A stretch of 64,000 nucleotides of DNA from Candidatus Bathyarchaeota archaeon (GTDB lineage Archaea > Thermoproteota > Bathyarchaeia > Bathyarchaeales > Bathycorpusculaceae), in the NCBI GenBank assembly GCA_963720565.1, contig CAVRFW010000005.1:359027-423026 (forward strand), read 5' to 3'. The notes under the pieces were generated by a model that ran no database searches, was not told the origin of the DNA, and was given only the letters and a program-made list of their open reading frames with translations. Below, one piece after another: positions 44,261-54,263 of the stretch; position 1 is the stretch's first letter; each line of letters starts with the position of its first letter. A program made the position numbers and the translations under genes.

Positions 44261-44548
44261 TTGGCTCAAGCAAAAGCTTGTTCTCCAACATGTCCGTCTT
44301 TCAAATGCGCCAAGAATTCTGCCTTCTACAGACGCGATGTTGTATGGTGCAGGTGGACTGAAGAAATGTGTAGCCTTTCAAACTGCACGTATGCCCTTTG
44401 CGTCAAGAGGCGTTTACTGCCTGAAGGCATCTGCGGAGAAACTGTAAAACGTCAAACCGTAGAGAGGACTCCAGAAGAGGAACTAGATGAACCAGTAAGA
44501 CTTCGAGGAAAGACGTTGCGCAAAATTGGGGACCGGGAAATATTCTAG
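44261..44548 (+). CDS. Cys-rich hypothetical protein
   Basis: CxPxCxxFKC..WCRW..C...CTYALC..ICG; TTG start after GAGGTG. Confidence 0.65.
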   Translation: MAQAKACSPTCPSFKCAKNSAFYRRDVVWCRWTEEMCSLSNCTYALCVKRRLLPEGICGETVKRQTVERTPEEELDEPVRLRGKTLRKIGDREIF

Positions 44549-44611
44549 AATAACCTGCAATCCGAAATCTGCTGCAGGCTTCCATCTTCTTGAGGTCGCC
44601 AAAGGCCCACT

Positions 44612-44773
44612 TTATTTAGCTTGGACCCTTTTTACCACTGGCGGTTTTACTTTCTTCAAAATCCTGTAGCCACAGATTATGCACTTTGTTTCTCCGCCGC
44701 GGAGTTCCAATTCTTCAGATGGAACTCTTGCTCCACATCTCATGCACTCGTAAACAATTCCGTTTCTTTCCAT
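44612..44773 (-). CDS. rpo12: RNA polymerase subunit Rpo12 (P)
   Basis: YECMRCG..KCIICGYRILKKVKPPVVKRVQAK. Confidence 0.92.
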   Translation of the reverse strand: MERNGIVYECMRCGARVPSEELELRGGETKCIICGYRILKKVKPPVVKRVQAK

Positions 44774-44855
44774 GGAATTTCCTCTGTTTCTACAAAGGAA
44801 AAGTATTTTGCATTTAAAGGTTTCCAATCACATTCTGAATAGCGAAGGGCAAAGC

Positions 44856-45722
44856 TTGAGGAAACGGCTTAGAAACACGCTTTCGCGCGTTCTTTCCATC
44901 GAAGACTTGGGGAAGGTGCACAATGCCTTCGACGTCATAGGGGATATAGCGATAATCAAGTTGCCGGGCATCTCTGCAGCAAGTGCTCAGAGCATCGCAG
45001 CAACGATAATGGCTGTTCATCGAAATGTTGCAACTGTTCTAGCTCAGACAAGCGCAGTAATTGGAGACTTCAGGCTTAGACCATTAGTGCATGTGAGAGG
45101 TGAAAACAAAACCAGCACAATTCATAGAGAATTCGGATGCTTATTCTCGGTTGATATTGCCCACTGTTATTTTAGTCCGAGACTCTCAAATGAAAGACAC
45201 CGAATCGCCACGATGATTAAACCACAAGAAACTATCGTTAACATGTTCGCGGGAGCAGGGTGCTTTTCTATACTAATCGCCAAGAAGGCAAACCCGGCAA
45301 AGGTGTATTCAATAGATATCAATCCAGCCGCAATCCAGTCTATGAAAGAGAACGTTAGGCTTAACAGGGTTTGCGACAGAGTAATCTCTCTACAGGGTGA
45401 CGCGAAGGAAATCATTAATGCTCGATTACAGAGTATGGCTGACCGCGTTTTGATGCCTTTACCCGAGAAAGCCCTTCAGTATTTGACCTGCGCTGTTTCG
45501 GCACTCAAGGGATCAGGGGGATGGATCCATTACTACGATTTTGCGCATGCCACGAAAACAGAGAATCCAGTTGAAAAAACCAAGCTGAGGGTTGCCGAAG
45601 AACTAAACAGGTTGAATATTGAATTCAGTTTTCCTTCTTCACGTATTATTCGAACAATAGGTCCAAACTGGCATCAAATTGTTCTAGATATATATGTTTC
45701 ACTGATACCGGACAAATGTTAA
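44856..45722 (+). CDS. Trm5/Taw2-family tRNA transferase
   Basis: FDVIGDIAII, GDFRLR, YFSPRLSNER, NMFAGAG, DINP, ADRVLMPLP. Confidence 0.88.
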   Translation: MRKRLRNTLSRVLSIEDLGKVHNAFDVIGDIAIIKLPGISAASAQSIAATIMAVHRNVATVLAQTSAVIGDFRLRPLVHVRGENKTSTIHREFGCLFSVDIAHCYFSPRLSNERHRIATMIKPQETIVNMFAGAGCFSILIAKKANPAKVYSIDINPAAIQSMKENVRLNRVCDRVISLQGDAKEIINARLQSMADRVLMPLPEKALQYLTCAVSALKGSGGWIHYYDFAHATKTENPVEKTKLRVAEELNRLNIEFSFPSSRIIRTIGPNWHQIVLDIYVSLIPDKC

Positions 45723-45760
45723 TAACCATTTCCGCATTCAGTATCTGTACGTGAGAGTAA

Positions 45761-46033
45761 ATGAAAAAGAAACTGATGGAAATATTGGCTTGCCCAATTG
45801 ATAAACATCATCCGCTTGAATTGCATATTTTTGAAGAGAAGGAAGAGATAGTTGAAGGACTCATCGTCTGCCCTAAATGTTTACGATGGTACCCAATACG
45901 TGATGAAATTCCAGAGATGCTGCCCGACGAGTTGCGGAAAGAAACTGAAGATTTGCCATTTCTGAGGAAATGGAAGTCTCGAACACCGGAAAAAGTTGTT
46001 TTGGAAGGCAAGCCATTCAATCTGAAGCAGTAA
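45761..46033 (+). CDS. Trm112-family methyltransferase activator
   Basis: LMEILACPIDK..LIVCPKCLRWYPIRDEIPEMLPD. Confidence 0.9.
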   Translation: MKKKLMEILACPIDKHHPLELHIFEEKEEIVEGLIVCPKCLRWYPIRDEIPEMLPDELRKETEDLPFLRKWKSRTPEKVVLEGKPFNLKQ

Positions 46034-46034
46034 C

Positions 46035-46985
46035 CTATTGCCTTAATTTTATCATTCTATTTCTCGCAGAAGATTGTAGCGCAGCTTCAGCTATAGTTAG
46101 AGCTTCCAAGCCATCACTTCCGGTGATAATGGGCTTTTTCTTTTCCGTTATGCATTCTGCAAAGTGTTGGAGCTCAAGTTTTAGAGGTTCCTGAAATGGA
46201 TACCTAGGTTGCAGGCTTTCCTTGGCGCTTTCAATCCACAAGTCTTGTGTTATGTAATCTAGCCTCATTATCGCGTCGCTCCCGGTGACTGTCAGGGTTC
46301 TTGTTTTGTACGGCGTTAGCCAATTCGATTCAATGAAGGCACTCTTTTCGTCTTCATAGGTTAGCATTAGTTGTGCATAATCTTCGAATTGCCTATGTCT
46401 CATGCTTCCTGTCTTGGCGTAGACGCTGGTTGGACTCTCGTTCGATATGTAATGCATGACATCTATGTCGTGGATTGCAGTATCTTTGACTACTCCCACA
46501 TCACCTATCCTTTCAGGCCACTGTGAGACTCGTTTCGCCGTAGCGCATACTAGTTCTCCGATTTCTTTTTTCTCAACTGCCTTTCGAATGTGCTGAAGAC
46601 CAGGGATAAATCTCATTAGAAAGCCCACCGTTAGGTGAAGCGCGTTTTCTTCAGCAGTTTTGATGAGTTGCTCCGCTTGTCGCGTGTTTGTTGCCATTGG
46701 CTTCTCTACTAGAACGTGTTTTCCAGCTTTAAGCGCTTTGAAAGCTTCTTTGGCGAGCACAGTTGACCAAGTGCAGATACTCACGGCGTCGATTTCCTTG
46801 TTCTTTAGCATTCGCGAACTGCTTGTGTATGCTTTAGCGTCAAACTGCTCGGCAACAGTCTTGGCTCTCTCAGCGTTCACATCGCATATGCCAACGAGTT
46901 CGGTTGAAGGAAGTTCTCGATAGACTCTAGCATGGTTTCTTCCCCAAAAACCCGTTCCGATTACTGCTACATTCAGTTTCTTCAT
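46035..46985 (-). CDS. Gfo/Idh/MocA oxidoreductase (UDP-GlcNAc(A) 3-dehydrogenase, WbpB-like)
   Basis: VIGTGFWGRNH, HVLVEKPM, DVGVVKDTAIHDID, NWLTPYK, EPLKLEL. Confidence 0.88.
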   Translation of the reverse strand: MKKLNVAVIGTGFWGRNHARVYRELPSTELVGICDVNAERAKTVAEQFDAKAYTSSSRMLKNKEIDAVSICTWSTVLAKEAFKALKAGKHVLVEKPMATNTRQAEQLIKTAEENALHLTVGFLMRFIPGLQHIRKAVEKKEIGELVCATAKRVSQWPERIGDVGVVKDTAIHDIDVMHYISNESPTSVYAKTGSMRHRQFEDYAQLMLTYEDEKSAFIESNWLTPYKTRTLTVTGSDAIMRLDYITQDLWIESAKESLQPRYPFQEPLKLELQHFAECITEKKKPIITGSDGLEALTIAEAALQSSARNRMIKLRQ

Positions 46986-48331
46986 TTCTGTCCACTCGAT
47001 CTTCCATAACCTCGATATATGAAACCTTCTCTTTCAATTTCTTGAGGATTATCTAGCCCCGTTAAATCAACAATCGCTGCAGGTGTTTTCATTACCGCTC
47101 TCAGCTTCTTGAGATTCAAGGGTTTAAACTGATTTTGGCCAAGAAATAACACCAGGCAGTCTGCACCCTCGACTGCTTCCCCAAGACTTTTTTTGAGTGT
47201 TGGCGTGGCTTCTGCATGTTCAATCCTCGCCCAAAGCGGGTCGTAGAGACTGGCTTTCGCACCTTTTGTTTCTAGCATCCTAACGAAAACTACTGATGTG
47301 GCACCTGGTTTGGCTGAGCCCAATACTCCAATTCTCGCCCTTCTGAAGGTCTTTCCGCAACTCCGTAATGCAGTCTGAGTAAGATTGATAGCATGCCAAA
47401 CCGCTTCCTGGTTTATTTGTCTTGCCAGCTTTGAAAGTCTTAGCTTGGTATTTAGGTTCTCGGCGTTTTCGAGCAGAATATATGTTTCATTCGATCCTTT
47501 TCCATCAGTCATCGCTGGAGCTGCTATAGGTTTGTATGAGTCGAAAAGCTTTGAAACCTCAAAGTAGTCTGAACCTGCTTTTTCGCATAGAATGGCCAAT
47601 TCGTTAGCCAAAGAGTTTTCCACGTCCTTTATGGTGGCGGAGAAAAGTGTAGCTAATTCCATTGATTTAATATTGGGTACCTTTCTAACGCCTTTGTTCG
47701 TCAGCGTCCCAAGAACGATTGACGCTGCCTCCAAGCTCGTCTTATCGAACCCCGCAACTTTCAGTTCCTGGTCGGTCAGAAAGCAGGGCGTTTGTTCGTC
47801 AGATGGTTGAATTGGATTGTAAACAATTCCGAATTCTTGGCCATTCTTTAAACCTGACGCGTTCTCCAACGTCTCCTTGATAACACTCTCAGTGAAGCCT
47901 AAACCCGATGTGCCGCAATAGACGAACAATGTGTCCCTGTGAAGGGACGCCCCGACGTGTTTGCAGTTGATTTCCAATTCTGAATAATCAGGATTGTTCT
48001 TGGAATCAATTCTCGGGGTAATTGTCATGATTATTATGTCACTCTGGGAGACCGCACCTTTCAGGTCATTAGTAACAGTTATCTGTCCTGTTCCCAAAAG
48101 GCTTTTCAACTTAGCTTCCACTTCACGGTCAGAGAACAGGGTTTTTCCCTTCGCAACGCGTTTGACTACACTTTGATCAGCATCTACACATTTCACTTTG
48201 AATCCTGATTCGGCGAAAGCCATGGCATAGAGAATCCCTTTTTGCCCACAACCAATAACACTCACCGTGTATCTTCCACGTTTCTCGGTTGTATCTATTT
48301 CCTCTGGCTTAACGCGAAGAATTGCGGGCAT
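46982..48331 (-). CDS. Full-length nucleotide-sugar 6-dehydrogenase homolog with degenerate catalytic motifs
   Basis: VIGCGQKG, LANELAILCEKAG, ARQIN, YDP, ADCLV, IVDL..YRGYGR; GGHC and the catalytic Lys are absent. Confidence 0.8.
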   Translation of the reverse strand: MPAILRVKPEEIDTTEKRGRYTVSVIGCGQKGILYAMAFAESGFKVKCVDADQSVVKRVAKGKTLFSDREVEAKLKSLLGTGQITVTNDLKGAVSQSDIIIMTITPRIDSKNNPDYSELEINCKHVGASLHRDTLFVYCGTSGLGFTESVIKETLENASGLKNGQEFGIVYNPIQPSDEQTPCFLTDQELKVAGFDKTSLEAASIVLGTLTNKGVRKVPNIKSMELATLFSATIKDVENSLANELAILCEKAGSDYFEVSKLFDSYKPIAAPAMTDGKGSNETYILLENAENLNTKLRLSKLARQINQEAVWHAINLTQTALRSCGKTFRRARIGVLGSAKPGATSVVFVRMLETKGAKASLYDPLWARIEHAEATPTLKKSLGEAVEGADCLVLFLGQNQFKPLNLKKLRAVMKTPAAIVDLTGLDNPQEIEREGFIYRGYGRSSGQK

Positions 48332-48353
48332 GAAAGTGAAATCTCCCCTCTCG

Positions 48354-49721
48354 TTATACGGTTGCGAGAATCTTCCTGAGCATTGCGCTATAGTCTTCAA
48401 CTAGCTTTAATGCTTTTTCTTTGTTCTTAGCTTCTGCATATAGACGGTAAGTTGGTTCGGTTCCGCTGGGTCGAACTAGAATAGCGCTTTGGTCATCGAA
48501 CCATATTTTGACTCCGTCTATGGTTGTCACATTTGGACCTTTGACTACTTCACGGAGTTTTTCGAGAACTGTCATTTTCTTGTCTTCGGGACATTCAACC
48601 TTCCCTTTCTCGATGAAGTATTGCGGTTGCTCTGCAACGAGTTCTGAAAGTTTCGCCCCAGTCTTGGCCATTATTTCTAGTATCAATGCTGTAGTCATTG
48701 CCCCATCTCGAACTGATTGATGTGGTCCGTAGAAGACTCCGCCGTTTTCCTCACCGCCGAGTTTGGCATTGATTTGTTTCATCTTCTGTGAAACCGTGAC
48801 ACTTCCAACCTTAGTCCATACAATTTCTCCTTTGTAGGCGTCTGCGGTTTCTTTTATTAGTGTTGACGAACTCACTGGAGTGACTATTTTTGAGTGGGGG
48901 TTCTCGATTAGGAAGTATTTCTCAACCACCGCGAAAGTTTTGTCCCCCATGTAAACCTGGCCGTTTTCGTCAAGGAATATGGAACGGTCCGCGTCCCCGT
49001 CGAAAGCTACGCCTAAGTCTGCGCCTACCTTCTTTATGGTTGCTGCGGCGTTTTGAAGGTTTTCGGGGCGCGGTTCTGGCATTCTTCCTGGAAATGTTCC
49101 GTCGATGTCTGCGTTTATTACAGTGACTTTGCAGCCTAAATCTTTTAGGAGTTGTGGAGTTGTTAGACCGCCAACACTGTTTGCCGCGTCGACGAGAACA
49201 TGATAATGCTTCTCTGCAATCTTTTGGGCGTTTACGTGCTTCTTCACAGCCTCAATGTATTCTTTGTTAATTTCAGATAGCTCAGTTATCGCCCCCAGTT
49301 TGTCCCACTTCGCGAATTCTGGCTTGTTTTCGAAAAAAATGGATTCTATATCCGTTTCTTGTTCATGGGAAATTTCTATGCCGTCGTTCCAAATGACTTT
49401 TATTCCATTGTATTCTGGTGGGTTGTGGGATGCTGTTACTATGACCCCCCCGCCCATGCCATGGTTTTTCACCGCGTACTGCAGTGCGGGTGTAGGAGCC
49501 ATCCCTGCGAGAAAAACATTGCAGCCAGTAGATGTCAAGCCTGCAATAACTGCCTTGGCAAACATTGGACCACTTGTTCTGGCATCATAACCAACAAGCA
49601 GATTCCTAAGTTTGAAGAAGGTTCCTATTGATATTCCCACTTTTACGGCTATTTCTGGCGTCAATTCTTCGTTGACAATGCCTCGAATGCCGTTTGTTCC
49701 AAAGAGTTTTTTTGAACTCAC
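48354..49721 (-). CDS. glmM: Phosphoglucosamine / phosphomannomutase
   Basis: LFGTNGIRG, TASHNP, FDGDADR, GGEENGG, VRPSGTEP. Confidence 0.9.
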   Translation of the reverse strand: MSSKKLFGTNGIRGIVNEELTPEIAVKVGISIGTFFKLRNLLVGYDARTSGPMFAKAVIAGLTSTGCNVFLAGMAPTPALQYAVKNHGMGGGVIVTASHNPPEYNGIKVIWNDGIEISHEQETDIESIFFENKPEFAKWDKLGAITELSEINKEYIEAVKKHVNAQKIAEKHYHVLVDAANSVGGLTTPQLLKDLGCKVTVINADIDGTFPGRMPEPRPENLQNAAATIKKVGADLGVAFDGDADRSIFLDENGQVYMGDKTFAVVEKYFLIENPHSKIVTPVSSSTLIKETADAYKGEIVWTKVGSVTVSQKMKQINAKLGGEENGGVFYGPHQSVRDGAMTTALILEIMAKTGAKLSELVAEQPQYFIEKGKVECPEDKKMTVLEKLREVVKGPNVTTIDGVKIWFDDQSAILVRPSGTEPTYRLYAEAKNKEKALKLVEDYSAMLRKILATV

Positions 49722-49741
49722 TTTCTTCAAGTCTCCGTATC

Positions 49742-50830
49742 CTAACAAATAATTTTAGATTTTAATATGTCTTCGGTGACTTCTTTAGCTGGACAGATAG
49801 CCGCTTCCTCTGTAAGCACAACATTGTCTCTGATTTTAGCGTGGTCACCAACTATGCACCCCTGAACGATTTTGACTCTTTTCCCAACTGTAGCCCCTTC
49901 TCCAATGATTCCACCTTTTATTGATGCATAGTCGTCTATCTTTGCGTCTTGAAAGACTACGGAATTTTCTATCCGAACGCTTTTTCCAACGGTTACATTC
50001 TTTCCCAGTATAGCATATGGTCCTATCACTGATTTTTCGCCTATAGAGACGTTCTTGTCTATCGCAACTGGGTTTTGAACTTTGAACTTTGCAGTACCCC
50101 TCGGCTTTTGTGTCTTGGCTTGATAATCGAGAAGCATTTTGTTTGTCTGCAAGTATTCCTCGGGTTTGCCTATGTCGATCCATAATCCGCGGTAGATGTG
50201 TCCGTAGAGTTTTCCTTGTTCTGCAAGTTTCGGGAAGACCTCTCGCTCCATCGATACAGTTTTCCCTTTAGGTATGTAGCTGAAAACTTCAGGATCTAGG
50301 ACGTAAATTCCAGCGTTTATGAGTTTGGATGGTTCGGTGTTTTTTGCTGGTTTCTCTATGAATCTCTCTATACGCCCATTCTCTCGAATTTCTGCAACAC
50401 CGTATCGACTTGGATCTTCGACTTCGCAGAGGGCAATTGTGGCCAACGCCCCTCTTTTTTCGTGCGCCTTCACAATTTCCTCATAGCCTAAATCTGCGAA
50501 TATGTCTCCATTCAAAACCAGGAAAGGTTCCGAGTTGCCAAGAAGTTGTTCGGCCCTCTTTATCGGGCCTCCAGTTCCAAGAGGAGTCTTAGGAGGGTCA
50601 ATTGAATATTTTACGTGTAACCCATATTTTTCGAGTCGTTGTTTTTTTATATGGAATTCGGTTTGCAGGTTAACTGCCAATATTGCCTCTTTGATTCTGT
50701 CTCTAGCGAGTCGCTCGAAAATCCACTGAAGCAGTGGTTTGTTCACTATTGGAAAAAGCGTTTTGGGTCGTGTACAACTCAACGGTCTTAATCTTGTCCC
50801 AAACCCGCCTGCGAGGATTAAGGCTTTCAG
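49742..50830 (-). CDS. NDP-sugar pyrophosphorylase (mannose-1-P guanylyltransferase-like)
   Basis: In-frame upstream extension LKALILAGGFGTRLRPLSCTRPK; LGTGG, NGD, EKP, WIDIG, hexapeptide tail; possible CTG start. Confidence 0.9.
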   Translation of the reverse strand: MKALILAGGFGTRLRPLSCTRPKTLFPIVNKPLLQWIFERLARDRIKEAILAVNLQTEFHIKKQRLEKYGLHVKYSIDPPKTPLGTGGPIKRAEQLLGNSEPFLVLNGDIFADLGYEEIVKAHEKRGALATIALCEVEDPSRYGVAEIRENGRIERFIEKPAKNTEPSKLINAGIYVLDPEVFSYIPKGKTVSMEREVFPKLAEQGKLYGHIYRGLWIDIGKPEEYLQTNKMLLDYQAKTQKPRGTAKFKVQNPVAIDKNVSIGEKSVIGPYAILGKNVTVGKSVRIENSVVFQDAKIDDYASIKGGIIGEGATVGKRVKIVQGCIVGDHAKIRDNVVLTEEAAICPAKEVTEDILKSKIIC

Positions 50831-50906
50831 TTGATTTCACCTTCTTGAATTGGAGTGTTCATATTATCACATATGTTTTAATATAAACAATTTCGGTGAT
50901 TGGGTT

Positions 50907-52457
50907 TCATTCCCATTCTATGGTTGCTGGGGGCTTGTGAGTTATGTCATAAACGACACGTGTGACCTCGGGTATCTCGTTGGTTATTCGCGTAGAGATT
51001 GTCTCGAGGATGTCGTACGGAATTTTGGCAAACTTGGCAGTCATTGCTTCCCGGCTTTCTGCAGCTCTAACAGCAACTACAAACCCGTAGGCGCGAGCGT
51101 CGCCTTTCACGCCTGTTGCTTTGGTGTCTGTTAACACTGCAAAATACTGCCATAAACATTCATTTAAACCGTGTTGCTCAAGTTCTTCCGTTACTATCTT
51201 GTCTGCTTTCTTTGCGATTCTGACTTTTTTTTCCGATAATTCACCGATAATCCTGACTGCCAAGCCAGGTCCAGGAAAGGGTTGTCTGTTGACTATTTCA
51301 ACTGGTAAATCCAGCATCTTTGCTACTTTCCTAACTTCATCTTTGTATAAATCGCGCAGTGGCTCCAGAATTTTCTTGAACTTGATTTTTGATGGCAGTC
51401 CTGCTACGTTATGATGCGTTTTAATCTTGTCTGAATGCTTTCTGAAGCCGGATTCGATTCTGTCAGGATAAATGGTTCCTTGAATGAAATACTCCGCGTT
51501 AGTCTGCTCAGCTTCTTCTTCAAAAACTCGGATGAATTCTTCCCCGATTATCTTTCGTTTCTTCTCGGGATCTACTACTCCTCTAAGCCTATCCATGAAC
51601 CTCTTTTGAGCATCTGCTATTATGAGGTTTATTTTGAACTTCTCAAAAGCTTTTTTAATGGACTCTGGTTCGCCTTCGCGCATGAATCCGTGGTCTACAA
51701 AGACTGCTGTTAGTCTATCGTTTAATGCTTTAGCTGCGATGGCAGTTGCCACACTGGAGTCTATGCCTCCGCTCAAGCCTATTACGGCTTTGCCCTCGCC
51801 CACTTCAGCTTTCATCTCTTTGATCATTTTTTCTACTAGGTCTTCCATCTGCCAGTTGGCCTGGCACAGGCATACTTCGAAAATGAAGTTGCGGAGCATT
51901 CGATTTCCGTTTTCTGTGTGAATGACCTCTGGGTGCCACTGCAGACCGTAGATAGGCTTTTCCTTATGCCTAAACGCGGCGACGGGGCAGCTTTTCGTGT
52001 GGGCTAGTACCTCGAATTCTGGTGGCAGTGAGTAAACGGTGTCGCCGTGGCTCATCCAAACTCTTTCTTTTTCGTTTAATCCTTCCAACACGCCTACGGT
52101 TTTGTCTATCGTTACTTTTGCGATGCCGTACTCCTTGCAGGTCGCTGGCTTTACTTTTCCTTGGGCGATTCGGGCTATGAGTTGGTGCCCGTAACACAAG
52201 CCCATTATTGGCAGGTTCAGCTCCAAAATGCGTGAATCGATTTGTGGCGCATTTGTTTCGTAGACGCTTGAGGGTCCGCCTGAAAGGATTAAACCCTTAA
52301 TGTGAAGTTTCTGGCTTAAGCGTATTATATCGTCTGGTGTTATGTCTTGCGGAACAATTTCGGAATAGACCCCCAGTTCCCTAATTCTTCTTCCTATGAG
52401 GTGGCAATATTGTCCGCCAAAGTCTAGCACCAGTATAGTGTCGTGATTTGTCTGCAT
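50907..52457 (-). CDS. guaA: GMP synthase (fused GATase and ATPPase)
   Basis: LDFGGQY, GLCYGHQ, QWHPEV, SGGIDS, KTHHNV, PFPGPGLAVR, KPPATIEWE. Confidence 0.97.
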   Translation of the reverse strand: MQTNHDTILVLDFGGQYCHLIGRRIRELGVYSEIVPQDITPDDIIRLSQKLHIKGLILSGGPSSVYETNAPQIDSRILELNLPIMGLCYGHQLIARIAQGKVKPATCKEYGIAKVTIDKTVGVLEGLNEKERVWMSHGDTVYSLPPEFEVLAHTKSCPVAAFRHKEKPIYGLQWHPEVIHTENGNRMLRNFIFEVCLCQANWQMEDLVEKMIKEMKAEVGEGKAVIGLSGGIDSSVATAIAAKALNDRLTAVFVDHGFMREGEPESIKKAFEKFKINLIIADAQKRFMDRLRGVVDPEKKRKIIGEEFIRVFEEEAEQTNAEYFIQGTIYPDRIESGFRKHSDKIKTHHNVAGLPSKIKFKKILEPLRDLYKDEVRKVAKMLDLPVEIVNRQPFPGPGLAVRIIGELSEKKVRIAKKADKIVTEELEQHGLNECLWQYFAVLTDTKATGVKGDARAYGFVVAVRAAESREAMTAKFAKIPYDILETISTRITNEIPEVTRVVYDITHKPPATIEWE

Positions 52458-52701
52458 CTATTCTAGACTCAGGTTATTGGGGATTCCTTGTGGTAATTTA
52501 AGATTACTATTCAGTTGCCATAAATTTGGTTTGCAACAATACTGTTAAGTTAAGTTTGTCTGTTTTTTCATATGTTGTTAGGTTCAGTATTACATTTCTT
52601 GGGGATAAAACTAAACTTATATAACCATAATTGTTTGAATAGTAAAAGAGTGTTTCCAAAAGGTTTGTTTGACTGTAAGAACGTTCATGGGAGTTTAGAC
52701 A

Positions 52702-53145
52702 ATGAATTTGAATGAAACTGATGTAAGAATCTTGAAAGGTCTTCTAGAAGACGCTCGGTTGTCCAGCAGACAGATAGCGAAAAACGTGGGCGTCTCAGTG
52801 GGTACTGTGCTTTCTAGGATTAAAAAGATGGAAGATGATGGTATCATTAAAGGTTACTCGGCACTTCTCAATCATGAGAAACTTGGCTATGAGTTGACTG
52901 TTGTGACGGAGATTACAGTGTCGAAGGGTCGACTTACGGAGACAGAGGGCGAGATAGCAAAAATCTCTAATGTGTGTGGTGTCTACGATGTTACTGGTTT
53001 AACGGATGCCATAATTATAGCGAAGTTCAGAAGTAGAGAAGAACTCGGCAGGTTTACTAAGACTCTCTTGGCTTTGCCCTATATTGAACGAACGAATACT
53101 CATGTTGTGTTGAAGACTGTGAAAGAGAATTTCCGGTTGCTCTAA
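52702..53145 (+). CDS. Lrp/AsnC transcriptional regulator (HTH plus RAM)
   Basis: LNETDVRIL..L.EDAR.S..IA..VGVSVGTVLSRIKKM..GIIKGY; YDVTG..D. Confidence 0.93.
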   Translation: MNLNETDVRILKGLLEDARLSSRQIAKNVGVSVGTVLSRIKKMEDDGIIKGYSALLNHEKLGYELTVVTEITVSKGRLTETEGEIAKISNVCGVYDVTGLTDAIIIAKFRSREELGRFTKTLLALPYIERTNTHVVLKTVKENFRLL

Positions 53146-53204
53146 CCCTAGACGGCTATCTTAATTGTTGTTTGCCACGTGCAGAAAATCTACAATTTTT
53201 TTGG

Positions 53205-54263
53205 TTAAGGTTTTTCAGTTAGTTGTTTTTTTGTTTCGTATCTTAGTTGGGGGCGGGCGATTGTTATGCATGTTCCTGGTGCAACCTGGCTAGTGATCCA
53301 CACGTTTCCGCCTATGGTTACATTGTCGCCAACTATCGCTTCAGGCCCAAGGAGCGTAGCACCCGAGTAGACGATGACGTTGTTTCCAATGGTTGGGTGT
53401 CTTTTTCTTCCTCTTATTATTTGTCCCTTCTCGTCCTTTGGGAAGCTTAGTGCTCCCAATGTTACTCCTTGATAGAGTTTCACGTTATTGCCGATTTCAG
53501 CGGTTTCGCCTATGACCACGCCAGTGCCATGGTCAATGAAGAAGTTCTTGCCGATTTTGGCTCCAGGGTGTATGTCTATTCCCGTTAGTGAGTGTACATG
53601 TTCGCTCATTATTCTAGGGATGAGGGGCACTCCTCTCAGATAGAGCTCGTGTGCTATCCTGTAAGTTGTTATCGCTAAGACGCAAGGGTAGCTTAGAATT
53701 ACCTCTTCGTTGCTAACGGCAGCTGGGTCTCCGTCGTAGGCTGCTTGTATGTCTCCGCTTAGGAGAGATCTTACTTCGGGAAGTTTTTCCAAGAGTTCTC
53801 TGACAACGACTTGGGCTCTTTTTTGGCAAATGTCTTCTGGGCATTCTTTGATTTTTCGGCAAATATACTTGAGGCTTTTCTCCACTTCGTTTGTTAGTCG
53901 AGTGTATGTTGAAGCCAGCGTCGTGCCAAGAAGGTATTTTATGTTGGCTTTGGTTATTTCTGCCTTCCCAAGGTATCCTGGAAAGAGCAGAGTAACAAGG
54001 TCTTCAAGAACCTCGATGACGATTTTTTTTGAAGGCAGGTCTCTTCCTTCGAGGTGGTCCATACCGCCAATTGTCTGGTAATTCTTCATTACGTCTTCAA
54101 CAAGTCCGGGCAAACCTGATTCAACCCAGTTCTTCTCTACGTCAGAATAGTTATTCATTAGAGTGTCAACGAGCTTTTCTGTGCTCCAGCAGTAACTCTC
54201 CGAATTGCGGTTTTCACATTCCTTGGACTCTTCTGGGCGTGGTTGTTTTGTTTTTGGTTGCAT
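53205..54263 (-). CDS. cysE: Serine O-acetyltransferase (EpsC/CysE long type)
   Basis: AAYDGDPAA, YRIAH, TGIDIHPGAKIG..FFIDHGTGVVIGET, YQGVTLGA, KRHPT. Confidence 0.92.
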   Translation of the reverse strand: MQPKTKQPRPEESKECENRNSESYCWSTEKLVDTLMNNYSDVEKNWVESGLPGLVEDVMKNYQTIGGMDHLEGRDLPSKKIVIEVLEDLVTLLFPGYLGKAEITKANIKYLLGTTLASTYTRLTNEVEKSLKYICRKIKECPEDICQKRAQVVVRELLEKLPEVRSLLSGDIQAAYDGDPAAVSNEEVILSYPCVLAITTYRIAHELYLRGVPLIPRIMSEHVHSLTGIDIHPGAKIGKNFFIDHGTGVVIGETAEIGNNVKLYQGVTLGALSFPKDEKGQIIRGRKRHPTIGNNVIVYSGATLLGPEAIVGDNVTIGGNVWITSQVAPGTCITIARPQLRYETKKQLTEKP

